From: Neovahlkampfia damariscottae
Lineage: Eukaryota
DNA length: 43,042 bases
Reading direction: 5' to 3'
Assembly: GCA_016618085.1 (NCBI GenBank)
Contig: JABLTG010000161.1
Location: 1-43,042, forward strand
This document shows positions 33,393 to 43,042 of the stretch, one piece after another. The position numbers were made by a program, and so were the translations under genes. The stretch's first letter is position 1. Each line of letters begins with the position of its first letter. The notes beneath the pieces are model-generated. The model was not told the origin of the DNA. It did not search any database and worked only from the letters and a program-made list of their open reading frames with translations.

Positions 33393-36143
33393 ATGACGAA
33401 AAATAATTTCGAGGTAGGAATTGAATAATTTGACTTTAAGATCAACGACATTTTAAAGCTTGATACTTCTCAAGAAATTATTGCACAATTTCAAAACCGT
33501 TATGACCTTGGTTTAACGATAGAAGTAGATGATGCGGAAAAATTGGACGAAAAAAATGCGTCGCTTTTTAATCGTTTATTACTTGATGTATCCAAACAAT
33601 TAATTCACCAAAAACATCAGGAAGCAAAAAAAGAGCTTACATCTTTCAAAGTTGATGAAATCCGTGCTCTTTTCAAAGTATTAGTTGATTTGAGCGACTT
33701 TCAAAAACCCTTAAAGATTTTATTTGACTCAAATTTAGTTGATACCTTGACTGAAATTTTCAAAATCATGGAAAAACTTCTTGAAAAAGGACTTGAATCC
33801 CATACTCAAAAATTCGTACAAAGTTACCTTTGTACTTTGTATAATATCTGCTCAAATGATATCGGAAAACCAATCATTGGAGCTAAATTTATTTTTTCAT
33901 TTATCAAAATCTTAAATGTTGAAAAATACCCTGCTTTTTGTCGACGTCAAAGTTCTGAAAATGTCAGTATGCTTTTAAAAGATTCAAAAGTCAACAAAGA
34001 GTTATTCTTTTCAAAAAGAAATCATATCAGTATTTTGTAAGAAATATAAATTTAAAAATTTTAATATTCCAAAGGAAATCGATTGTTGGTTCAATTCGTA
34101 ATGCAGGAGACTTTGGGGTTCAAGCAAATTCAGCTGAAATCCTTTATCGTTTGTATCTTTGGAAGAAACTTGACCAAAACAAATTAAAAAAAATTTTCCA
34201 TGATTTCTTTGATGATGACAAAGTCATTGAAATATTTGTGGAAATCAGAAGAAATTCATATTTCCTTGAAGTAATTTTATTCAAATATTGATTAATTCGT
34301 CCAGGATGTTAGAAACTTCTTGAATTTTTGCAACAAATCAATGAAAGATAAAGCTAAAATTGTGACTTTTAAAGCTTCTTCAATTCAAATTGGTACCTAC
34401 AGCAAAAACCCAAAATTTGTTGACTTTGGTGAAACTTCTTTTTCGTGTTATTTACCTTTCCCTGGAACTAATGATGATGATCTTTTAGATATTGAATATC
34501 ATAATATTCGTGCATTGAGATGTACATTTCACTTTTCTAAATTAATTGAATAGTGGGCTATAAGAGCCAACAATTGATCATTCAACTATATCACAATATT
34601 GACAGCTTTGAAGAATTTTATGATGCAAATGATGATAATCAAATTATTGCAATCCCAATGAATTCAAATGATCTTTTGCACTTCAAAAATATTGTATCCC
34701 CAAAAATTCTATTGGAAAGAAAAAAGAACAGAGAAACAAAAGTTTCAACTGCTGGTGTTTTAAATGTTTCAATTCAAACACAAGAACTTGAAAAGAACGT
34801 TGAATTAACAGAAAAAGATGACGTTTCTTTGAATGAAATATCTGTTGATCTTAGTGCTCCAAATCCAGACATTCTTGTAAATTCAGATTTTGCAGAAGAA
34901 AAAGAAGTTCAAAAAAATGTTGTTTTGGAAACAAAAGAATCTCAAACTTCATTTGATCAACATAATATTTCAAAACAAGTTCAGACATCATTTCTTCCAA
35001 AGTCTACAGAAAAGACACCAAAAGGAAAAACACCAAAGAAATATTCACCAAAGAAAGATGTCACCCCAAAGGAAAATCATCCTGCAGGATCAGTATCTCT
35101 ACAAAAACCTAAAAAGAATGAATCAACTGAATATGATTATTCACCAAATTCAACAAAAGAATCGTTGAGAAGCACAAATAGAAGAAAAACTTTACCAACT
35201 CAATTACCAAGGGGAAAGAAAATGGCAATCAAAAGATCAAAATTACCAAATACAGATGATTGTTCAACTGAAGAAGATGAAGAAGAAGTAAAAATCACTT
35301 TGAAACAAAAAAGAAAATCAACAAAATATCAAGAACCTGAACTCTCAAAAGTATTTCAAACCAGAACTGATGATTGTGTTTCACCAAATTTGTTTGAAAA
35401 GAAATCTGCTCTCCATGATTGGGATGCACTTGTAAATTCAGCAAAATCTGAAAATAGAACACCAAATAAATTCAAATCTCCAGGAAATATCAAAAAATTA
35501 TTGTTTCCTGAACCAAGTGATGTTGATACAACTTATGGAGATTTCTTGCAAGAAAAAGAAAAAACTGCAAGAAAGAGAAATTTTGAAAATATTAGTGAAG
35601 ATGAAGGAGGTGATTTTTCAACTATTTTTGCAGCACTTCAAAAAGCGTTTTACATGAAAACACAAAAAAGATTAAAACTTGCAGATGATGTTTCAGCAAA
35701 GACAGCCGAATCCATCAAACAAAAAATCTCAGCTCTCAAAGAATCAAGAGTTAATGAAAGAAAACAACTTTATGAACAATATCTCAAAGAATCAAAAGAA
35801 ATTCAAGAAAAGTCTGCAGCTCAAGGAAGAAAATTGAAAGCAAGTTATCAAAAATTTAATGCAGAAATTTCACAACAAATGAAGAATCATGTTGATTTAG
35901 CAAATCAATTAATCAAAACAAAAAATTCGTTTCAAGAAAAACTTAAACATTCATGTATTCATTTTTCTTCATTTTTTATTCAAATTTTTAGTTGAAAAAG
36001 ATGAATTTGAAAAAATTAAATTAGAAGAATCTCTTGAAGAAGAAATTTCAAAAATGGAAAAGAATTTAGTATCAATTGAAAAGGATAATACAACTGTAAG
36101 AAGATTAACAGACTTTCTTGTATCTGAAAATATTGAAATCTGA
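33393..36143 (+). CDS. SYCP2/Red1/Rec10/ASY3-like meiotic chromosome axis core protein, 6 exons
   Basis: Helical N-terminus with AGDFGVQANSAEILYRL and FLE|DVRNFLNFCNKSMKDKAKIVTFKA...FVDFG. This is followed by an S/T-P-rich disordered middle and a long C-terminal coiled coil. Confidence 0.72.
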
Positions 36144-36310
36144 TCTGAATAAACATTTAGTTTCATTTTTTTGTGTCCTACCAAGAATAATATTTTGATC
36201 AGTTGTCAATTCGAGATATTGTTTGACTCGTGCATTTTTATTGTGGTTCGAATTCGAACAATTGGAAAGTTCCAACTACAACCACCAATCAAAAAAAAAA
36301 TCACTTTCCA

Positions 36311-37827
36311 ATGTACATGAAGAATGAGACAATACCACAAATGGTCCAATTTTACCCTTATGACGGTATCTTTCTTGGACTCCAAATTGTTGTTTTCTTC
36401 ATATTTTTTGCAGGTCTTTTCATCATGCTATGCTGTATCAGACAAAAAGCAATTTCAACAAGGGGTATATTGCCATTTTTATCTCTCATTGGTATTTTGA
36501 TTTATGATATACGGATCATTTTATCAGTTCCTTCATTTCTGAAGGTGTCATATTTAAATTCTTACACAAACAAGTACTTGTACAATTTTTTTCATTTTTT
36601 TAAAAGTTGGACCTGTTGGTGGTTATTGTTCACTTGCACGCCTTCAATTGCTTTTTTTGCAGTCCTACAAAGTATTTCCAGCACAAAATATTTAATGAAA
36701 AAACGACTTGATAATCTGAAGACAGATACCTTCTTGCTTCATAATTCAAGAAATCAAAAAGAATTGAAAGAAATTTCTGACAATGAAACTATTGATTTTG
36801 ATGAAGTGAGTGTAGAGGCAAAGAAAGCGATAAACAAAATTGAAATTCAAATCAAAATTTTGAAGTTCCTATCATCAAATGTTGTCCACATGTTTTTGAT
36901 GTTTTTTTTCACAATAGTAAAAAATTACATATTTATTCAACGTCTTAGATTGTAGTTATTGGTCAATTAATAGTCAGTGGATCTATTGAACTGGCAACAC
37001 ACGAAATATGTACGTTTGCAAAATATAAGGAAGCTGAATACATTGCTGGGGGAATGGCATTTCCATATTTGATTGTTTTGATTATCTATGTTATCTGTAC
37101 AATTATAATTGATGTAATTTCATTCACAAGAGAAAGAGGTTGTGCTCCTTCTGACTATTTTTTCAATGATGATCCTTTCGGTTTTAGATTGCAAATGTTC
37201 ATCAACACAGTAGGTATAGCAGCTGCACTCTATGGAGCAACTTATGTTCCACTTAGTTATTTTTTTGCAGATCCAAATTCTCATAGTTATGACAAGTACA
37301 TCGCAGCAACTTATATTCCATTTACGGAAATTATTTATAATTTGTCTTTTGGATATTTTGGTATTTTTATTTTCGCTTTTCAATGGATCAGAAAGAAAAG
37401 AAGGAAAAATACTTATTCAAATGAATTTGATGCAATGATCAATGATCCCAAAGGAAGAAAAATTTTCAAACGATATTCTCAAGCTGAATGGTCATTGGAG
37501 AATATTTTATATTACGAAGAAGTTATGAATTACCTTCAATCACCTTCAATTAAGTTTGCAAAACGATTGAGTCAAGAAATTTTGAATAATTTCATTCAAT
37601 CAGGAGCTCCATTAGAAGTTAATCTCTCTGGATCTGTGAGAAGACCGTTGATACAAAAATTGAATAATTTTGATGACTATGCTGCTAATTACTTGAATAT
37701 ATTCAATGATAGTATAGAAGAAGTCAAGAGAAATATGAGAGATACTTTTAGTAGAATTCCACAAAATGAATTAAAAACTTGGATAACCTCTTCTCAAGTG
37801 AAAGTTGAAACAGTAATTGTGAATTGA
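36311..37827 (+). CDS. 7TM-RGS protein (multi-TM N-terminus fused to an RGS domain), about 3 exons
   Basis: About 7 hydrophobic helices, DDPFGFRLQ, then FKRYSQAEWSLENILYY..FIQSGAPLEVNLS..NMRDTFSR RGS domain. Confidence 0.9.
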
Positions 37828-38493
37828 AATTTCTTTAATTTAACTGATAAAAAACAAAGACTTGTTTTTAGGATCCATTTCTGTTGGAGAATAATACCGA
37901 TGTTTGAAATATCAGTATATGAAAAATTGTTCAAATGAACTTGATTTTATTGTGCATTTTTGATAAAGAAATGATTCAAATGAATAAAAATATAACGGAA
38001 ATTTCTCAAAATCACTTGCTTGAATATTTCCTCTCATTGATTTTGATGTGATATTTTAAAATCATTCCATTTTGATTCCATTCTATCCAATATTATTTTA
38101 TTTGTAATTCAAAAAAAATTAAAGGTATAAAAATAGATTTGTTTTTAAGTTCAAATAAACATCCTTGTTCAACTAATGACTTTTTCATTTTTTTTATTCC
38201 ACTTAATGCTTCCCTGTAAATTCAAAAAACCACATTACCACCTTACCAGTTCTGTATCTTAACCTTTATATGAAACTAATAAATGAATTACTTTCCCAAC
38301 TGTTCACCAGTATTTTCCTCGTAAACTTGTGAAAAAAAAACCAACGGAAAACCAATGGAAATTGATGTTTTTGAAGAAATATCAACGGAGCAATGTTTTT
38401 TTGTTTGGTGCTCATATCATCTGAAAACATTGGTGTGCACTTTTAGGTGAACCTGCTCTTTTGTTAATTGTGAAAAAATTGATGACTTAAAAG

Positions 38494-38701
38494 ATAAGTT
38501 GCTGCGATGTACTTGTCATAACTATGAGAATTTGGATCTGCAAAAAAATAACTAAGTGGAACATAAGTTGCTCCATAGAGTGCAGCTGCTATACCTACTG
38601 TGTTGATGAACATTTGCAATCTAAAACCGAAAGGATCATCATTGAAAAAATAGTCAGAAGGAGCACAACCTCTTTCTCTTGTGAATGAAATTACATCAAT
38701 T
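38494..38701 (-). repeat. 208-bp inverted copy of 37107-37314 (7TM-RGS exon sequence)
   Basis: Reverse complement matches 37107-37314 with no mismatch that I could find; similarity ends abruptly at both sides. Confidence 0.95.
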
Positions 38702-39004
38702 TAGAGTAGCTTTTTTTATTTCCTCATGGTATTTGAAGGTGATGACTCAAGATTTGAGCCACAACAACTAGATTTTTCTATTCTTTTGCTAAATTCAACA
38801 ACTCCGATAACAATCGGCGAAATTAATGATGTAATTAAACCAACTGAAGTTATAATAATTAAAATTGTCAGTTCGACTGTCATATATATTATAGTGTGAT
38901 TTTAATTGAAATTATTTTCTCAATTTATTTAAGCATTCCATTGGTATATTTTTCACAAGAAAGAATTGAAAAACTGTCTGTCCAATGAGAATCTACCTTG
39001 GACA

Positions 39005-39994
39005 ATGTCTTTTGACTACATAAAAAACAATCTGAAAGAAAAAAGTTTCCAACTCAATGGTAGAGTGTTATTTTTTAATCATAAAATAGGAAATTGTCCA
39101 CAAGATACTTTAAATTTTTTATTTTCTGAATTAAAAAAAAATAAAAGTTGGAAAGATTTAGATTTACGAAGTAAAATGAAATTCATATTTGACAAAACAA
39201 TATTAGTGATGGAAATGGATTATATAAACTACTGTTCACTTTTTGATTCTTTAAAAGTCAACACAAGTATTAAAGTACTTGATTTGAGCAGTAAATTAAA
39301 ATAAAATGTGAATTCACACTTTGAATAGTTCATAAGAGAATGAAGAATTCAAATGGTGTGAAGAATTTATTTGAAATGTTAAAAGAGAATTATACAATCA
39401 AAGAAATACTTCTACGTGGAAATCGAATTGATTGTAACCAATGTGAATTCATTTCTGATTATTTGATAAATAACGAAACTCTAAAAGTATTAAATTTAAG
39501 CAGTAATGAAATTGGAAGTATTGGATGTAAGATCATTTTTGATTCCCTAAAGAAAAATCACACTTTGGAATATTTGGATTTAAGATGTAATTTTGAAAAC
39601 AAAATTAATTTTTTCAAGTTAATTCTATTGATTGTAATGCTTGTGAATCAATATCAATGGGATTGATGGAAAATAAAAATTTGAAAGAATTAGATTTATG
39701 TGGTAATTGTTTACAGAAAATTGTTGATTCTTTAATAGGGAATCAAATAGAAACAAGAGGTGTTAAATTACTAACTGAAGGATTAGAGTATCACAAAAAT
39801 ATGGAAATGATGGATTTATATGGTAAAATGAATTTTAATTTGTTAATTTAATAGATCAAGAAGAAGAACTTGATTTCGAAATTTGTGAGAATGTTAATTT
39901 TTTGCTTGAATGTAACTTACAATATAAAATGATCAAGAGTCATTTTATATTAATGTTCAGTCCAAAAGAAATAAATATCAAGTTTTCATTTTGA
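39005..39994 (+). CDS. Ribonuclease-inhibitor/NLRC3-type LRR protein with about 6 introns
   Basis: Repeats LKKNKSWKDLDLR, LKVNTSIKVLDLS, LINNETLKVLNLSSNEIG and LMENKNLKELDLC; CCAAT at 38982. Confidence 0.85.
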
Positions 39995-40006
39995 AATTTC
40001 CGACCA

Positions 40007-42015
40007 ATGAAAAGTTTTTTGAAGAAGAATTCAAAATTCTTCAAATATTTTCCAAAATTTTATATTACTGTTTCTGAACAAAGACACTTTCAGAGAATAA
40101 TAAATGGTGTTGGAAACAATTCAAATTTTCATAAAACAGCCTCAGAACTTGGAATTTCAAGAGAAATGCTTCAAAACTCAATTCAACCTTTTTCTAAAGA
40201 ATTCTTTGTCAAATTTGATGATAAAAAATTCTATAATTCATTTCAAAATGCTATTGATAATGATATAGAAATAGATTTAATTGAAAAATTATTTTTGAAA
40301 TTTATTATTCACAATTATGAATCAGGAACAATGAATTTGGAATCAATTTCAAATTTATTGAATTTAAATAGACCAGAGGAAGAATTTCCAGAAGCTAGAA
40401 AATTAAAAAGAAAAATTGTTTTTCACACAGGACCAACTAATTCAGGTATGAAAAGATTCAAAAAAAATCATTGAAATTTTTATATTTAGGAAAATCTTTT
40501 TCATCAATAGAGAGATTATTGAAAAGTAAAACTGGTGTTTATTGTTCTCCTTTGAGGTAATTTTTCAGAATTATTTTTTTATTGAATTTTCCTTAACTAG
40601 ACTTTTAGCAACAGAAGTCTATACAAAATTAAATTCTAAAGGTGTAAATTGTTCTTTAATGACTGGTGATGATAAAAGAGAAATTGAAAATTCCAATCAT
40701 ATTTCATGTACAGTCGAAATGTTTAATGTAAATAAAAGATACGATTGTGTTGTTATTGATGAAATTCAAATGATCAATGATCCAAATAGAGGACATGCTT
40801 GGACAAAAGCATTTCTTGGTGCGATATCAGAAGAAATTCATTTATGCGGAGAAGAAAGAACAATCAAAATTATTCAAAAACTTTGTCAAGTAACAGGAGA
40901 CGAATTAGAAATCAAAAAATATGAAAGATTAACTCCTTTGGAAATTTCAAAAAAGAGCATTCACTCTTGGAAAGATTTGAAAAAAGGTGATTGTGTTATC
41001 ACTTTTACAAGAAGGGAAATTTTTAGAATCAAAAATGAAATTGAACAGCAAACTAAATTCAAAGTTGCAATTGTTTATGGATCATTACCACCCGAAACAC
41101 GTGTAAAACAAGCTGAATTATTCAATAGTACTAATAATGATTATGATGTTCTTGTTGCGACTGATGCTATTGGTTATGGTTTAAATTTAAACATTAAAAG
41201 GATCATTTTTTATAAAGTTACAAAATTTGATGGAATGCAAATTAGAAATTTAAATTCATCAGAAGTTAAACAAATTGGTGGAAGAGCAGGTAGATTTCAA
41301 TCTAGATATCCACTTGGAGAAATAACTGCATTCAAAAAAGAAGATTTGAACTATATTGAGCAACAGTATTATAAACCTAATAAATCTATTAGATATGCTG
41401 GAATAGCGCCTTCTTTCAAAAAATTGGAAGAAGCATTTTTCGAATTGGAACATCTTCAATTCTCTCAAATACTGGAAAAATTTTTGGAAATTTCAAACAC
41501 TGAAAAGAAGTATTTTATTTGTGATATGGAAGATCAAATTGAAATAGCTGCTTTGATTGATGATATTGAAATGCCATTTAGTGATCGTTTGAAATTCACA
41601 ATGGTACCTATTGATACAGACAATATGAAATCAATGTCAGCATTAAAAAGAGTATTTTTTTAATGATATAATATTAAATTTATTTGAATAGTTTGCTCAT
41701 TATCATTCAAAAGGAGAAATTGTGCGAATCCAAAAAAAGAATTTGAATTTGAATCCTAAAACATCATCAGAATTATCAGAATTGGAATCTTATTATCAAT
41801 TATTAACAGCTTATTGTTGGTTGAGTTATCAATTTGAAGATACTTTTATTCAAAGAGAATTGGCAAAAACTTTACAATTGCAATGTTCACATATTATTGA
41901 AAAAGTTTTAAAGAAAGGATTAAGAAAAGATGAAAAACCAAAAAGATCAAAAAGAGAAAGAAGAAGAAATTACAGAGACTCAATTGATTATGAATTATCA
42001 CAACTTGGATTTTAA
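40007..42015 (+). CDS. SUV3: Mitochondrial ATP-dependent RNA helicase SUV3, 4 exons
   Basis: FPEARKLKRKIVFHTGPTNSG|KS, YCSPLRLLA, VIDEIQM, YGSLPPETR, ATDAIGYGLNL and QIGGRAGR; basic N-terminal presequence. Confidence 0.95.
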
Positions 42016-42031
42016 ATTCTTCCAAAAATTG

Positions 42032-42543
42032 TTATTTAAATTTGAAATTTATATTTCGAAATTTTAGAATTTCTCTGATCAATTTGTGATATTTTTTATA
42101 TTTCCAGACAATTTCTTGATCCTTTTTCAATTCTTTTGAACAATAATTGAATGTATTTGGGTATTTACAAAACAATGAAATTATTTGTTGTTTGTCATTT
42201 CTTTCTGTTATAGAAAGGTAACCAAAAATATTTGGGTTGATTAAAACAGCTTCTTTCAAGAATTCAGAATCAAATCTTAATTTTTTGGAAAGAAAATTGA
42301 AGGCAAAACAGTCAATGGATAACATTTTAGCGCAATTTCTCTGTTTTCTCGCAATTCGTCAGCAGCGTAACCTAATGATGTTGGATCTTGATTTACAGCT
42401 GCTATCACAATTTCTTCGTCATACTTTAGATAGTTTGGAGCTTTTTCTAAATCCCAACCATTCTGTTCCACCCTCTTTTTCCAAAGACGTCTTGTCTCAC
42501 CAGCAGTGATCATTGATTGGTTGAAAATTCTCCTGTGAAACAT
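42032..42543 (-). pseudogene. DUF4116-repeat gene with a frameshift near 42320
   Basis: VEQNGWDLEKAPNYLKYDEEIVIAAVNQDPTSLGYAADELRENREIALKC continues in another frame as SIDCFAFNFLSKKLRFDSEFLKEAV, with no intron between. Could be a sequencing error. Confidence 0.7.
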
Positions 42544-42671
42544 TTTACTAGTATTTATCTATTCTATACACTTCTAGAATCTCCATTCAAATACTTTAAA
42601 CATCAAATTCAAACTAAAAATAGATTCATCTTGAAGTTTTCTTTTATATAATTGGCTATTTTTTTAAATAA

Positions 42672-42810
42672 CTTTCAAGATGAACCGCTATCTTAAAACT
42701 GACTTTTCCGTTCATTCTGATTAATCAGACCAGACATTAAAATCAAGGTTTCTTTCGGGATAGGACCGTCGCCAGCAGTACTGGCAGTTTTTGGATTTCC
42801 AATAAAATTT
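42672..42810 (-). ncRNA. Putative omegaRNA scaffold / element right end of the Fanzor2
   Basis: GC-enriched stretch directly after the RuvC-III motif with hairpin GCCAG-TACTG-CTGGC, palindrome TCTGATTAATCAGA and stem ATGAAC...GTTCAT, then an abrupt return to AT-rich DNA. Boundaries are inferred. Confidence 0.6.
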
Positions 42811-43042
42811 TGTATATTCATCAGAAATATATTTCTTGCTCCATTATAATCTTGGAAGAGAAAAATTACAATATTTACAATTAAAATAATCTTTTTTTCC
42901 AAGTTTCCAATCTATTTTTCCACATGATCCACATGTACAACTGGTATAATGTTCTGAAACTTCATGTACTTGAACAGAATCTTTTTGAGCAAGATGTTTT
43001 AGTGTTTGACGAAATTGAAAATGAGACCAATGAAGCATTTTT
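42693..43042 (-). mobile_element. 3' part of a Fanzor2/TnpB RNA-guided nuclease gene (frameshifted near 42849), truncated by the window edge
   Basis: KMLHWSHFQFRQTLKHLAQ..VHEVSEHYTSCTCGSCG..LGKKDYFNCKYC..LPR / DYNGARNI: CxxC-CxxC zinc ribbon plus the RuvC-III RDxNGARNI motif, split over two frames. Confidence 0.92.

Overview
Very AT-rich, extremely gene-dense eukaryotic nuclear DNA. It uses the standard code, has tiny GT-AG introns of about 27-45 nt, and intergenic gaps are often under 100 nt. The intron style and gene content (7TM-RGS, DUF4116 repeats, RI-like LRR proteins, Fanzor2) suggest a free-living protist, plausibly a heterolobosean/discoban; this is inference. About 25 genes can be reconstructed, most split across the ORF track by introns. 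They include DEX1-like, synergin-gamma-like, an EEP hydrolase, a START-like protein, TTC14-like, an HSL-family esterase, a sugar porter, a scramblase, RINT1/Tip20, a MYST acetyltransferase, two RGS proteins, tandem rolling-stone-like genes, two LRR genes, SerRS, a degenerate JmjC protein and SUV3. Highlights: (1) a divergent SYCP2/Red1/ASY3-type meiotic axis protein at 33393-36143, whose best motif lies in an exon missing from the ORF track; (2) the 3' end of a frameshifted Fanzor2/TnpB RNA-guided nuclease with a structured putative omegaRNA at the right edge; (3) an apparently exact 208-bp inverted copy of part of the 7TM-RGS gene; (4) two bacterial-type sequences at the left edge, a PD-(D/E)XK nuclease relic and an intron-containing DUF6150-like gene; (5) an intron-split CRIB motif fused to LRRs. 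All family calls come from motif recognition by eye, with no database searches, and spliced gene boundaries are my reconstructions.
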